Positions 30,572-45,826 of a DNA stretch of 64,000 nt are shown piece after piece. Where the stretch lies: positions 124,001 to 188,000 of the forward strand of contig ADNK01000542.1 of the NCBI GenBank assembly GCA_000320545.1. The letters run 5' to 3'. Below the pieces are notes generated by a model. The model did no database searches. It was not told the origin of the DNA and saw only the letters and a program-made list of their open reading frames with translations. Source of the stretch: Bigelowiella natans CCMP2755 (taxonomy: Eukaryota; Protista; Cercozoa). Position numbers and translations under genes: made by a program. Numbering within the stretch: position 1 is the stretch's first letter; the number at the start of each line of letters is the position of its first letter.

Positions 30572-31465
30572 ACACATACACATACACATACACACATACA
30601 TAGACATATACACACATCTAGGATAATAATAAAAGAGTAAAGGTAGAGCAGTATTGTGTTAGCAGTTGTGGTACTACCAAGGTGGATTTGTTTACAAGCG
30701 GCTCAGTAGCAATAGTTCTCTTCAAAGATTGCAAATCCAAAGAGAATTGCAGATCTATAGTTGCGAAGCACTCACCATCGTATATGTGATCATTGGCAAA
30801 CAAACTCAATTGATGAGAGCTGCTGCTGAGTGATGTATGACCCGTTGTTAACATTTTGCTCCAACCAACGCGCACTTTATTCACTTCATTTCCCTGATCT
30901 ATATTATGTGATAGTGAGGAAAATATATGACAAATAGATTAAAGCGTTGGCCAAGGAAACCTTGAAGCTCTCGAAGGAAGTTATGGGCCATTTTTAGTTT
31001 CTTCTGGCGCATTCCAATGGTTTGGCTTTGTGAATGGTCAGCTATTATTTCCCCCACCATTCCAAATGATGATGATGATGATGTCTTGAGAAGAGGCTGC
31101 TCACTCCACAATGTTTCTGTCACTAAAGTGGTGGTGGGAGTCTGCATCATTGCAATAAAAACTAGAAGGGCAACAACAAATGCAGTGCCACAATGGCCGC
31201 TGTTCCGTTCACCCTCGTGTCTAAATGCCCTGTGGTAGTAGTAGTAGTAGTAGTAGTAGTAGCAGCAGCAGCAGTAGCAGCTCATCTTTTATTGATATGA
31301 GAATAGCAACATTTCTTGGGTAAATTTTGAATTTGATTTATTGATGCGAGCATATATTCTTGACAGTTCTGAGGATAGATAGATGGAGATGATGAGATGA
31401 ACTATTGACTTGAGGAGGCACAGCTTTTCTGAGGTTGTGGTCTTAATAGGGATGTAGGTAGCCAT
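27740..31465 (-). CDS. Divergent SET-domain (Rubisco-LSMT/SETD3-like) protein; both ends uncertain
   Basis: LFANDHIYDGECFATI, LPDFPHHLPLLWP, LRWCYAVVRGC, LLLIAEKDIKLG|DELV follow the LSMT-family SET order. Long low-complexity exon 28691-29821; hydrophobic N-terminal stretch. Confidence 0.55.
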
Positions 31466-31828
31466 TATGAGATAACAATTTGTTGCGATCCTTCATGCGG
31501 CTATATTCTCCATTCTTCTTCCTCTTCTTCCTCCTCCTCCCTCCTCTCGTTCCGTGGTTCTCCCTCTCCTGACAAACATTGACGTTGATATGTATATTTA
31601 TGTGACTTACATGTCTTCCAAAAATTACAATAAAATCTTCGGGGAATAGCTTAAAATATCCCGTTATTAACATAGATTTTCGATAATATTAATAAAATCG
31701 AGGCGAAACGAGTTGATGCTGCTTGTTGAAATTAAGTCAAACAAGGAAACACACAGATCTCATACAATTATTCGATGCTCGGTGCCCATCCCCTTGTGTG
31801 AGTGAGTGAGTGGGTGGCAAGAACCACG

Positions 31829-32956
31829 ATGCGATCCATGTCATCATCACTGAGCACACTCGTTAAATTGTGTGGTGGCGGCTGTAGTTGCAGCAGTTCT
31901 TCCACCCCTGTCCATGGGATGAGGCGTCGCCTAGCTCCATATTCCACCTCCCCTTCAACTAATCCTTACCACGTTCTCGGGCTTCCCTATGGCGCTTCCA
32001 GAGTATTTTTGTTGTGTGAAAAATAATTAAGCAAAGGATATTTATCGACCTCAATAGTTGTTGAGTCTAACACACTGATTGCTTAAATCCCTTTTTGCTT
32101 CAGGAAGAGGTGAAACAGTCATATTTCAAACTTGCCAAGACCTGGCATCCAGACATAAACCCAACCGGTACCTGAAATGATCTTTACATTATTGAATATT
32201 TACTTAGCTATTGGATAATTATTCCTCAGAAGCAGCACAGGCCACCTTTCGTCGCATAACGACGGCTTATAATGAATTATTGCGTATATCTCCAAAAGAG
32301 TCCAAATCCGATCGTGATCACGCTACCTCAAAACCAGATGACGATTTTTCAAGAAGGTCCAACAAATGCTATTCGCAATCGATTTGATTTCACAAATGCG
32401 CGTGTAGGTTCTGGTCTGGATCGTCTGGCGGAAAATTTAGGAAAGTCAAGGGATGGGATTGGCGATCACAAGACCAATGGACACATCAAGACTCAAAAAT
32501 GGCCCAAAATGCGAAGCAGTAAGCATGCCGCCTGCTATAGGTGAATGAAGAATATGAGATCAATGTTTTGTTCTCAAGGTCATGGAATGAAAAAGTACGT
32601 GCGGAGGCTAATGATAAACGAAAGAAAGTTTACGCTGAGGTATTTAAGGCATTGTGTGGATATGGTAGAGTCAAATCTTAAGAGGGCACATGATTCATGC
32701 AAACAGGAATTAAATCGGCTATTTCTATCTCTTGTACCTCCACACCAGTTGTCTACATATGAATTGAGAGCGCTTTCACTGAGGTATGAATGTGGAAAAT
32801 TATTTAATTAGAGAATTCATTACCAAACAGCATGTGATAACAACAAGCAGATTGGGACTGCCATCAGAATTAAGAAGAACTCAATTGATAAAGCAAATAG
32901 AAACCGTTGTCGAAAAGAATAAGGCTCTCTGTGGAGCTGCGGAAATAGACGACTAG
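31829..32956 (+). CDS. DnaJ (J-domain) protein with probable mitochondrial presequence
   Basis: Spliced NPYHVLGL..ASR|EEVKQSYFKLAKTWHPDINP..|..ATFRRITTAYNELL with HPD motif; Arg/Ser-rich N-terminus; stop at 32956. Confidence 0.88.
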
Positions 32957-33883
32957 GGATCACAATTGCGACGCAATGACATATGTGTGATGCATTTGAT
33001 TCATATTCAAACCCATCCCTTCGACCAGCAATTTACTACGTTAGAAGCATTTAGTACATTGCAATCTTCGATCGATAGCACATGCAGACAGATCAGGCGG
33101 CCAAAGAGAATCTCGCAAATTGGGTCGGCGTTGTATGTCTTCTCGCACCAGAAGCGTATGGCAAGTTGTGCTCAGGATGGTTATAGTGGTACATGCATTG
33201 ATCCTAGTAGCATAGCATGATCAACCCAATCGTTACTACGTTATATTGTGTATATCATGATCATCGCCGCCGGCAATGATATCGTAGAGTGTTATTTGTC
33301 AATGATGCAGTTGTGCAAACTGAAATCAGCCAAGTCTAGCCTGCTCTAGTGATCAAAGCGTTGTGTGACAAATTTGCGACACAGCAATCTAGCAATGTCC
33401 AGATGTGCATGATCGATGCCTTTGCCGAGAAATTCCACGACACAACGTTGTATAGATGGCGTGCTAATATTTTTCACATGTGAGTCTGCGGCAACTACAC
33501 AATATTTACAGGCAATAATGTGCGAAGTTCAGCCTGCATGCAATCTAGCAATGCTCGCTCATTCTACAAAAGCTATGTGTATCTAGAGACGCATGTAGGC
33601 GATGCACACTGCCATTTGTACGCATCAGTCTGTTTTTGTTTTTGAAAATACAGGGCGATGTGCAAGTCTTGAAGATGGAATAAGGAAGAGATGGGTTGAG
33701 ATGGGTTGATCATTTCATGGGAGCAGGAACCTAGCTATAAGGGCTAGAAGAGCACATTGGTACTTGTAGTGCGAGGCCGTTGCTGCATGCTCTTAAGTAC
33801 GTTTCCCCCATCATCTTCTGGCTGGGTGCGTTTCATAGTGCCACTTAAATTTGTAGATGAAGCAATATGGATGTGTACAAAGG

Positions 33884-34036
33884 TTACGCTAAATGCCATT
33901 GACACCTCTGACCTCCAGGAGGTACATCGGGCACCGTCCATCTGAAAATGTCTAGCACGACGGAAAATAACAACGATCCGTCCTCTACACACACACACAC
34001 ACACACACATGTAAAATATATATTTATTTTCTTTCC

Positions 34037-34073
<37 letters not shown>

Positions 34074-34778
34074 CAACAGGTGGTATGTAGTATGGTGATA
34101 GCGGGGGATGTTCTTTTCGAGAAGTCTATTGATTCATTAGACAATGCTGGAAAACTCTAGGGTTGTGGTCGTCTTGCACATACATAGCATGGCCTTCATA
34201 ATAATTGGTATGCTTGTGAGTTACATCGAAGTCCTTGATTTTCCTGATTCTTTATTATGCACTTGGTCACTTGTGTGCGTAAAGTTGTCCTCCTCACCTT
34301 CGCCCACATCATCCCAAAGTCATTCTCATAATTACTAATCATCATCCTTGAGATTGTTGCTTTTAATAACTCAGTGGCACTTGCGCATCGTAAAGAGCAT
34401 TCCTTTCCCGCCTTTTTTGAGTGCGCTTGTTGTTTTCTTCTTTTTCTTAACCATTGCAATACAGAGCCGAATAAATAAGCCATCTTGTGGCTCTAACGCC
34501 CTTCATAAAAGTTAAATCTTTCGTGCGGTCGGTTTTATCAGTGAAGCTACAGGTAGCGCGGTGGGACAAAGATGGTCGTTTTGTTTCACACACAACTCTT
34601 CGCGTGTACGTTTCGGAGCACCCTGATTTGGCGCCACAAGGCATGATTTGGCACTTGGAGCACTCATCTCTTTTTTGGTTTTTTGAAGTAAGCGGTAGCG
34701 GTTCACAGGGGCAAACTCTCTTGTTTTAGTTTGAAGTTGTGAATGGAGTATCCTCTCCATTGGAGACACCTGCCTCAT
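33884..34778 (-). CDS. Hypothetical protein
   Basis: ORFs 34512-34778, 34196-34483 and a final exon near 33884-33985 on one strand; no domain recognised. Confidence 0.35.
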
Positions 34779-35256
34779 AGAAAGCGCCCGGTACTGACGT
34801 GAACCTAAAATATTCCCGGGGAAAATAGATTAATCCCCGTTAGAATCGTTAATACTGGGATAAAAAAAAGAGAATTTGGTATCAATTAGTGCCGCTCCAA
34901 GAGATCCATCGTTTTTTATTTCGACATTGTTTTTTGAAGTGCGACAAGAGCATTTGTGTGTCGTAGGGATAGATAGTCGAATATGGAACAAGAGCGTATG
35001 AATACGACCACGGCCCTTTTAAGTTCTGTGGCTCTTTGGATTCATTTGGATTTGGCTTATTTTAAAAATATATACCCAAAAATCACGATCAAAACAAAAG
35101 ATTAAGGGAAGGTCAGGTGCCACTGATCAGATCCAATTAAGAAAAGTCGTACACGTAACTCGGTGCACCTTGAGCGAGTGCCGTTCGAAGATTCGAACGT
35201 ACATCACAACAGGGCAGGCAAGAACCCTCGTGAGCGATGAACCTAAACAGCTACAA

Positions 35257-35827
35257 CATGGGACTGAAGAGGCTAAGTTCTGAAAACGAAAACGAGGAAC
35301 TTCCTTCACGTGGCTCAGACGAGTTTTTTGCACTGAAACAACTTTCGTCCGCTTCACCCATTACATTTGGAAGAAGGAAAAGGAGACATCAGCTTGTAAA
35401 GTTTAGGCCAGCAGACTCGAAATGGCATTTGGATTCTCCAACATTACGACCGAATACAAAAAAATATCCGAGGAAAGCTTCATGTTCGAATTCTCAACTG
35501 TGTGTAGAGGAATTGAGGCCAAATTCTAAGAATTCTATATCCGACTCCTCAATCGGTCTCCCAGAGGGTGAATCGTCACAACTTTCTACTTCTCTTCCTC
35601 GCCCTTTTCCTTCTCCTCGAATTCAAGAGTCGACGCTTCCTGCAGAAACTACCGTGGATCTCTGTTCTAGTTTCTCAATGTTAAGTACATTCAGTGCAGA
35701 TTTGAGTAGAAGTAACCCAAGTATACTAAAAGTCATTCGGCGTCCAGTTGCTATCCATCCCACACCACACTCGTGTGATGAACTGAGCTCCCGTGCAAAA
35801 TCTCTGGAAGTGGAAGGATTTCTTTAA
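35257..35827 (+). CDS. Hypothetical Ser/Pro-rich protein (single exon)
   Basis: Open frame of about 190 aa from MGLKRLSSENE; no domain recognised. Confidence 0.5.
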
Positions 35828-37202
35828 TGAAAGAGTAATCTGTTAGTTTATTTTATTAATCTTAGAACTGCATATAGAACCTACTTAATAATCAAAGAAA
35901 GAGCTTTGACATAATTGATCACTGGGCACTGCAATTCTTTTGAGCATTGCAATCCTTTACCGATAGTGATCAAAGATTTTATACATATTGTATTTACTTT
36001 GTAAAATTAACGCCTCACAATGTTGTAGCGATTACAACATTTTTCCTGAAGTTTACATCCTAAATGTACTTCTATCTTGAGCACAGGACTGTAGATGACT
36101 GTGTGTGAATAAGAATACAAGCCAGACTTTGTGTCTCTCAACACAATTCTCATCATCATAGTATTGAAGACAATATTTGTTTCTACCTTTTTTCATTCAG
36201 CGTCCCTACCTAGGGTACGTATTTAAACGACGAAAATGTGGAAAATTTAGTCATACGAAGATATTAGATTTAAAGATACTTCAAATTTCTTTCTAATCTT
36301 CTTTTCAGCCATTAACCCATGCTGCCCCTAAATTTCTGTCACACATGAATTTAATTTGGCACAATCGATCTCATAAATTTCATGTTATGCATGGATTCAT
36401 TCATACTGAACCTTGATTGCACATGCAGTTTTTTATATAGCGCTTGCTGGGATCAATGAATCATCGATCGTTAAAATAACTGCGATGCGATGATGTTCAT
36501 TTGTTACTAGTGTAAATTGTATGATGTTTGCGTAGCGGCGTGATGTACGCATCATGCAAGAGCTAGCAAGTAGCAATTTCACATGTATATCGTCGTTATA
36601 AATCGTCACGTGCTAGCGTGATTTTGTCAAATAGCGTACAAGCACTCGATCAGCATAACGCTCCGCTCGTAATATAGTAAACACCGGTGAAACAGAGAGC
36701 AAGTGCAACGCAACTGTACGTATCACAATATGATTGCTTGTCAGCTCCGAGCATGATACAAGCAGCACTAGCAGGGTGTTTTGCCCGCTAGGTACGCGTC
36801 TGGAGGTGCATGCATGCATCGCACGGCTAACAATCTAGCTGTGCTACGTGCGGACTTTACATCACATAGAGACCACACAGCACAATCGTATCAAATGTGC
36901 AAATGATTTGATTGGCAAGCACAAATCTCATCTATCGCATCTACTAGTCTAGCTAGCTAAGTATGATTGAGCAGCTTCATTGCATGGAACATCAATCATC
37001 GCTAGCACCGCATTTGCCAGCCGCCACAGCTCGCTTTACATTGACATCATTGCGTCATGCTGCATTGCATGTAATGGCTTGTTTGCGATGAACGAAATGT
37101 TTTGAGCATGGACATGTGCAAAGGTGTCTGGTGTCCTCATGCACACCACCTCGATCCTCCTCATATACCACTGTACTACCTACTACTTGCATTCAAATTG
37201 GA

Positions 37203-38433
37203 TCACTCCATCGACGTACCGCTAGCAACAGGAATCGTGAATGGTTCTGAGGATGAGTCTTTCATGACAATCAAAGTGTCTCCTCGGATGTCTCTGGCGA
37301 CCCGTAGATCAGAATCCATGTACACAGTTTCGAACCACTGAATGAAATCGTGTGAAAAATAATGGTGACTGTTTTTATCATATCGAATTCAATTTTTGGC
37401 GCTAAAATATTTTTCACTGAGAGATCAGATGTGTAACATGTCGATCTCGATCTTTACTAGCAGCGATATAAACATTCCTACCCCTCTTCCGAACGGTGGG
37501 AGTCTAAAGGGTCCAAAGTTGGCGTACTTCACTTCTGCAGACGTGAACACGAAGTTGCAACGATTCGAGTTTATCATATCTCTTTCAAGTGTTGACGACA
37601 CAGAGAAATACCTTCGATAGACAAAGAACCTCAGGAAGAATTTGAGAATATGTAAATAGGAAAAATCAATTTACCCATCATCAAACACAATGAGATTCTG
37701 AAGTCGTCCAGAGACAACGTCTATATCCTGGAAAGCATTCTTAAATGTCTTTCCAAACAATCCATTCTTACGGAATGTTAGAGTTTCCTGGAGAGCAATA
37801 AAATCATACGTGAGAGGAATATTGATGATAAATCGTTTTAGAAACTTTTTCCGTTGTCCAAATCAGTTTCCATCGTCCGTTGAACTGCTTCTTCAGTGTG
37901 GCTTCTGTGATCGGGCTGGCTTCTTCCAACCGGTTGACTAAAGAGAGGACCTCAGCTTTCTTTTCAGAAGTCTGTTCTGCCCCCTCTTTCAGATCTAATA
38001 TTGAGCTAAGTAATTCTTGTTTCAGGGATAATACCTGAAGAATGAAAGTAGTCCAGATTCGACGCATGGAGCTTTCTTCAGTTTAAAAAGATAGAATGCT
38101 CTAATTGTCTATGTTCTTCAAAACCTTGCCATTATTCCGGATATCATTCATGATTCCCTCAAGAAAATTTGTGGAAGCAACAGGATGATTTTTTCTTCGT
38201 TGACATTTCCAAAAGCGCTGCCGCACTTCGGGGCCATGAAAGTATTTATTATTTGACACATGCCATCTTGGCTGAGGTCTCACCCTGAGGAAACATCTTC
38301 AAGAAGTTGCTTGATATCATCAAATCACCTACGATTTTTACCTCAAACAAGTTGCGAAGGGAGAACAGAATAAGAGGGTGATCATCACTGTTGTGACATA
38401 TGAGCGTGCGAAGTACGATTGATCTGCTGCCAT
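37203..38433 (-). CDS. Plastid lipid-associated protein / fibrillin (PAP) with bipartite leader
   Basis: LKQELL..VLSLVNRLEEASP, FNGRWKLIWTTEK|ET, FQDID, LQNLIVFD, LPPFGRG|WFETVYMDSDLRVARDIRGDTLI; signal-like TTVMITLLFCSPFA. Confidence 0.88.
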
Positions 38434-38809
38434 TCTTATCGACGTCGGCGGGCGGCAGCGAGGAGCACCACAGAAGGAACCAAGATTTAGACGAATATAC
38501 AGGGCATTTCTCATATGATGCAATGTTCTACCCTTGACGCAGGACTGAAATGATACAATTCTGCTTGTAAATGGGTTTTTGCCTATGTCGTAGCATGAAA
38601 TCAGCATCCATTTTCCCAGAATAAATACGGTCACGTTGCCAGAAGGAAGTCACCACTCACTACCACGGTGGTGTGCATGCATGCATGTGTGTGACGCACC
38701 CCCTCTTAATTCCTATCCAATTCGTATGAAGAATCCAGAGATAAATGTTGCATACACCTGCGAAGCTAATTTCCACCCTGATTACACTAATTTGTTCTCA
38801 GTTCTTTCA

Positions 38810-40369
38810 ATGGAAGCAAACGCCCACAGCTCTGAATTTAACCTCGACAAGATCCTGAGGAAGAACATTAAAAAACTCGTACTTGTCCACTTCCAATATA
38901 GTGCCTCAGATTGCTTGCATCTCAGATTTCTTTCTATAATATGGTTTACTGCAGAAACCTTATCGATGTGCCCGAGATGATTACCAAGACGGTATATACA
39001 TCATTGTTACTGTCATCTCAAGGTGGATATGATTGGGTGAATGCAGTCAGCTTTCTTCTTCTGGATTCTTAGGTCTTCTTCTTGATGCGAATGAAAACCT
39101 GTATGGGCCCCCTGAATCCCTCGAAGAGAAGTCGCTACCAGATCTCTTCACATATCCCGACCCACACCAGGTAATGAGAGTGTGTGATAATTCTGATTAT
39201 TATTCTTCTTTGTTTGCTGTTCTCGCAGCTTTAACCACCAGCTCTCCTCATACAACACAACCATTCAGTCAGCATTAAAGAAGCTTTATGGAGAATGGCG
39301 TGGCGTAGCTCCGGAACAAATCTTTGTCGGAGTCGGTAGTAGTTAAACATGAAGAACTAACCTAAGAATTATATTCTACAAAATGTCACACATCATTGCA
39401 AAATATCGAAGGAAGTGACGAAGCAATCGATATGGTCATAAGAATGGTTTGCGTGCCTGGAGAGGTAAACAGCTTGTCTCGAGTTAATGATGATGATAGA
39501 CGTAACTTCACATAACTTCTATAGCTAAGAACATTTAAATTCATTTAAATCGAAGATTAATAGCCTTCCTTCAAAGTAAAATAATTATCAGGATAATATA
39601 CTCATCTGCCCTCCAACATATGGAATGTATAAAGTCTCTGCTGCCGTTAATGATATTGGGTACTCCCTAAAGATATAATATACATTTACATAAAAAAGAT
39701 GAAGTCGTTGAATTTGAATCTCGTAATACTGAAAAACGCTCTTTAGAGGGTTCAATTGTGTTTGCTTCAAGTATTTAGATCTTCTTCTTCATGACATATA
39801 TAAATTAGTGTCGCTTGCTTCTGATTGAAATGAATTGTTGTTGCCAGTTTGGTGAAAGTCCCGCTCACTGATGACAGCTTTCAAATTCAGGTCTTCTTCA
39901 CCCTAAAATAAGAATCGTTGTCAGACGCATTTATTTTAAAGATTCTTTTAGCTTGTAGAGTTCCACCAAAATTTCCCTAGAAAGAAGTCCAACGCGAAAC
40001 TGTTTAACGTGATCATCTGCCTCAATATCCGTATGTAATCCATTTCTACCCTCTCAGCCGAAGAAGATGTTGGAAGCTCTGAATGAGAAAACCAAGATCA
40101 TTTGGATATGTTCTCCAAATAACCCCACGGCTAACGACATCGAAGCTGATAAAGTAAGGAAGTTCTGCCAGCTAAGATTTGTAAATAAATATCATCGACT
40201 AGAATGGGGCTACTAAGATTTGTAAATAAATATCATCGACTAGAATGGGGCTACTAGCCTATTACTTTTAACTACAAAAACAACTTTTAATCTTGCTGCT
40301 GCTGCATGATCTACTCCTCTGCTGATGAGCACCGTCACTAATTGTGTATTACTATTCCAATTCTTCTTC

Positions 40370-40401
<32 letters not shown>

Positions 40402-40669
40402 CTTCTTGTCACAATAATAAATAAACCCAGATAAAACAAGTATTAGAGAGCAAGTTCAATGGGTTGGTCATTTTGGATGAGGCCTACGTGGATTTTTCAC
40501 CTAGGTAGGTATTAGCTAGGTATTAGGTAGGTAGGTAGGTAGGTAGGTAGGTGGTGGGGATTGCCAGCATTGTCCTCGTCATGATCATCGTCGTTGTCTG
40601 TAAGAAGGAGACCCTAGCAGCATTATTTGTTGTCGTCGTGGACATTGTATATATATTTATATATATTAA

Positions 40670-40705
<36 letters not shown>

Positions 40706-40730
40706 CATGGAGGATACCCTAGCTCGATTA

Positions 40731-40775
<45 letters not shown>

Positions 40776-41747
40776 GGAGGATACCCTAGCTAGCAGCTAC
40801 CGCACAATGATTCCTGCGTCAGTATGTGTGTGTGGGTGTGTGTGTGGGTGTACGGTTTAGTATTTCTATATAATAATCGATATATATTCACACGATGATG
40901 ATTCAACATGATGATGCTACAAAGGGGGTCTCTGGCATCATGGACTAAAAAGTAAGAGACGAGAGCATCAGCAATGATCACCATCCCATCGGCATGATAT
41001 TTATAATAATACTCTTATATCCATCATAGAATCATGATGGAGATTGCTACTGTGCCCAAATAATACCTTGAAGCATTATTGTTCTCATATCAAATACACA
41101 GCACACTAGCAGCACCAACCACAATGACTTCGATTATGATGATCCTACTAGTGTAGTCTAGTATATGATGATGATGATGATGTTGATGATGATGGAATCA
41201 ATTTAACCAATACCAATCATGAGAAAGCTATACGATAATCCAAATGTCAGTTATTATGTGTGCATAAGTTCCACACATACGTTTTGTTATGATGGTAGTA
41301 GGTATAGAGTATAAAATGTGATTCTTTGTGTAACGTTAAGAAGAAAGATAAATAGTTGTAATCGAGAATATCCCTCCTCCACACACATCTCATCCTCATC
41401 CTCATCCACCTCCTCTCCTTCCTACTACTCACCGAATCATCATAGATACCCGAATCTAGTCGTGTTGCAGACATTTTCAAAGTCTTGGGGTCTTGCTGGA
41501 GTTCGGTATTATGATAAATGATGAGGATGATTGATGATGAGAATGGTGGTAATAATATATAATACACGACGATGTTATTATCAGGTGTGGGGTTGCTATA
41601 TCAAGCCCTCAAGTGATAAGCTTCATGGATCGAATGAAAGCACCGTGAGTCATCAATCAACTCAGAAACGAAGATATTGCACTTTACAATAGAGAGAAAA
41701 GGAGTAGGGATATGAGGATGGTGTGTTTTGTGTGTGTTATGTGAGTG

Positions 41748-41784
<37 letters not shown>

Positions 41785-41805
41785 GTTGTGTGTACATATT
41801 GTATA

Positions 41806-41885
<80 letters not shown>

Positions 41886-42082
41886 TGAAAGAGAGGGAGA
41901 GTAAAATCGAAAGCAGATAATGTGCAGCATTGCACAATAATAATACCACACAAAGCAGCAGCTTATGTCCTCTATTCTTGTGGTAGATACAACATGAACG
42001 TGTTAACTTCGTCCGTGGTAGTGAAGAATCTTAAGAAGAAGGAAGAGATGCTCAAAACAGGTTCTCGTAATTGTTGTTGTGT

Positions 42083-42116
<34 letters not shown>

Positions 42117-43059
42117 GGTGGTGGTGGTGGTGGTGCGAATGGTGTGGCTACTATCCTTCACGTATCATTGATGCAATAGTAAGGATAGTAATAGATATTA
42201 TCTCTTTAGTATTACTAAGTTGGATTTATTTGTGTATTCTTTAAGTTGAGGAAATTAAAAACGAGAAGAAAAAGGTGGTGGCTGAGTTGGAGAAGATACC
42301 ACACGTTGTCAAGGTGGTCAAAGCAGTATTTTTATCTGGATCAACCACCACCAAAACAGCTCCTCTGAAGAATAATCTGTTACTAGCTTTCAATAAAATA
42401 TAACTATTTTTATTTCTTTTGTTGTTTTGCAACTTTTAGGTTTTTCCTTCTTCAGCAAATTTCCTGCTATTTCGTGTGAAGTCTCACTCGAAAGTAGAAC
42501 CAGCATGAAATTAAAAATGGCACTTAAAATATATCGAGTATTATGTCGTGGATGCTTTTCCCACCACATGTTTTTTCTTGGCTTGTCAGGAAATTTATCG
42601 TGCGATTGCTGCCTCAGGAGTAGTGATTCGGTTAGTGACGTGTGTGCGTGCTGCTGTGTATGCAGCGGCATGTATCATGAACATATGTAAGCATTGATGG
42701 TAGTAATTCGATGAAACTTAAGTAAACAACAAAAATATGATCAAGTTGTCACCATCATCTCTACTCTTGGCGAAGAACAGCTGCGTCGTCCATCTATGCT
42801 AATTGGTGTTTTTACTATATCATCAGTTATAGGGGGGATAACCACGGTTGTGAGGAATGTCTTCGTGCCACAGTGGCAAAACCAGAGGTATGACTTAAGT
42901 ATTAACACACACCTTAATCAAGCCAACCTTGTACCTATGATAGTGGGAGGTTCAGGTGTGTGTGTGTTTTGGATTAATTTTTGGATGGTAATATAAACAC
43001 AGGATACGAAACTCTTCCTGCAGAAACTGAAGCAGGCAATTACCGAGGTCACAAAATGA
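38810..43059 (+). CDS. hisC: Histidinol-phosphate aminotransferase
   Basis: Exons give PYRCARDDY, LLDANEN, YPDPHQ, GV|GSDEAID, PPTYGMY, CSPNNPT, DEAYVDF, PLP-lysine motif TFSKSWGLAGVR, ANFLL and CLRATV. Confidence 0.95.
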
Positions 43060-43449
43060 GCATCTACTCGTTCCATCTTTAACTGATTTCAGTGGCAGCG
43101 TGTCTTCCCTGTTTTGATAAGTCTGAGTTCCTAGCAACACTTGCAACACTTGCCAGGAAAATGTCTTACCAAATAAATGTACCATCTGACCAACTATCGT
43201 CAGTATAATGACAGCACCGCAGCAAATTATCAATACATGCACGAGGTATTTGTGTGCATACATGTGACTGCGAGATAATGTTATATATGTGTGTTATATA
43301 TGCACAAGACGGATGAAAGTACATGGTCACATAGTAAGGGGCTCACACCCTTGCATGACTGCTGGCTTATTAGCTTATTAGAGCGGTGCTGTACCGATCG
43401 AGCTAGCTAGCTAGCATTATCGACCTGTTGTCGTGCGTAGTTGTGCTGA

Positions 43450-44075
43450 GAAGGATGTAATGAATGAATCAATTAAACCATATTGCATCAATAGTCATCC
43501 TAATATAGCTGTGCAAATAAGCTGCGGCTACAGCGCTTATGTGTATTATTTGTTAGTCTCAGTTAATTAACATGCAGCGTCGGCTACGTGCATGAGACTA
43601 TATAAGACGGATTCACAATGCAGCGGCTACAACGCGCATGTTGAATTTGTTGGTTGCTGCGAAACAATCTTGCACTAGTGCACATGCTAGCCTAGTAGCA
43701 TGTGTTGCATGTTTTGTGAACACATTGCTAGATTGGCTAGTTAGACAGCTTAGCCTGTCTATAGCCTGTCCGGCATAACGTGCGCGTAAATTCTCTTCTA
43801 GTTCTCGTCACTGACCATGACAGCATGCTATGGCATGAAGCTGCATGCCAGCGTTTCCAGATCCACAAGTGGCGATTTTGCTAGACACGCCACACATGTA
43901 ATGGCGTTCTCGACAAACATCACGCGTCACGTACACATGACTAGCATAGATGAATGGATGTAATGAAGCGATATTTTTTTTTCAATTATACGACATCCCT
44001 CAACTAGATCCTCATGTAGCTATGCAAAACAGCGGCCACAGCGCTCATGCTATATCTGTTTGTTTCTGTTGTTAT
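43450..44075 (+). repeat. Dispersed intergenic repeat family, three degenerate copies (about 43450, 43604, 43950)
   Basis: GCTGTGCAAATAAGCTGCGGCTACAGCGCT; CAATGCAGCGGCTACAACGCGCATGTTGAATTTGTTGGT; GTAGCTATGCAAAACAGCGGCCACAGCGCTCATG. Confidence 0.7.
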
Positions 44076-44555
44076 TAGCGTCACATGCACGGCATGCATG
44101 TGGCTAGCATGCGATGCAACGCTACATGCTGCATGCTGGCATGTCGTACTTGCATCCCTACGTCCGTGTACATTCAATGAGATGGTTTGCTGTTGTGATC
44201 TTATATTTAAAGGGCGGCTATGTATGACTCCTGTTAACACATACATTGCACACTAGCAGACGTCGCGTGTGACCTGACCATGGTACATGTGAATGTGGTG
44301 TCTATTGTTGTGATTGGCTCGCTGCATGCGGACACCTCAAGAACCGGCCGCTGCACGTATGGTTGACAAATCGGCTGCGGTGGATGAAAACTAATGAAGA
44401 AACAAAATGAAGCGATCGGCAATGCATCGAATATTACAAAGTAATCTCTTTTTGATATTCTTACTTAAGCTATAAAGCCATAATAGAATGAACCTGTTAC
44501 TATTTTAAATCCACGCCAATTCACATTAGAAACAAGAATGAATAATAATTTCTTG

Positions 44556-45591
44556 CTATGAGGAACCCAAAAGTTTTTCTATGTCCGAATAGTAATTTCT
44601 TCTGTCTGCATCAAGATTTCGTAAACCTTTAAAAATGTTAGAGATTCTCTTGTTAAATTTGTCGTTATGTACACCTCTAGCTTTTAAGCCTCCAATTAGG
44701 AATGCTATGGCCAGTAATGCCCATTTGCAGTCAGGTTCAACTTCAAGTAATTCTTCAGCAACATTCTTCTCGCGTTGAAGAATCTTAATTTGTCCTTCTT
44801 TCTCTGCTATAAGTACTTTTTTCGGTTCAGTGAGGGATTTTGAATCCTTTTTCACACCTAACCCGATTACTAGTCCGAGCAGCCACCGATGATATAACCA
44901 TGCACTCTGATCACCTGGATCTGTAAAAAAAGCCTGCTGGAGAAGACTAAATTCTTCGTCGATGAGATTTCTAATATTATCCTTACCAGCAGAATCTAGT
45001 AACTTTGGTATGATGAAACTCCGATGGTGCCATGCAGAGTAATTTGAAAAATTCTCGTCAATTTTGGAGGAAGAAAAGTGAAGCTCTTCCCCAAGAGGCA
45101 CTTTCCCTACCATCATGACATAACGTCTATAATTCCAACAATGGAAGTTTCTGGAGTCATACCCTAGATATTTTGAGCAAAGTCCGATTTCGGTTTTTAA
45201 GTTAGTGGTTCCCTTTGCTATGACCCACAATCTGTGATGCCATGCGTAGTATGATTTCGGATTCTTACGAAGTGCTGACTCAGCAAGCTTCATCTCTTCT
45301 TCACAAATACTCTTCTTTTCTTCAGGATTCGCTTGTATCATTCGAATTACACTCTCTCTCCGATAATTCCACAAGCTGTAGAAATCTGGATTTATCGCTA
45401 TGAGGCTTCCTGTCAATTCAAACATTTTCGACGAAAAAACTCCCTCGCGATGCGCTTTCAAAACGACTTTCGAAAGCTTGGAATAGTGCTTTACTTTTTT
45501 TAGTTTTTTTTCTCTCTCTGCTTGAGAAACAGCTTCATAGTCCACACGCTGGATTCACAGACGATGTGTGAGTTACATTTATCAAATATGT

Positions 45592-45686
<95 letters not shown>

Positions 45687-45826
45687 CTATTTCTCTCACA
45701 CACATGAGTGTGACTAATAGAAATGACGCCATCAAAGTCAAGTGGGTTGTATTTCGCTTCCAATGAAAAATTGATGACATACTGCACCGTAATGAACATT
45801 TTGCAATGTACCTTTACGTTATGCAT
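44556..45826 (-). CDS. RABGGTA: Geranylgeranyl transferase type II alpha subunit
   Basis: Exon 45812-45826 (MHNVK) plus 44556-45548; PFTA repeats NPDFYSLWNYRR, NPKSYYAWHHR, DSRNFHCWNYRR, NFSNYSAWHHR, DPGDQSAWLYHRWL. Confidence 0.95.
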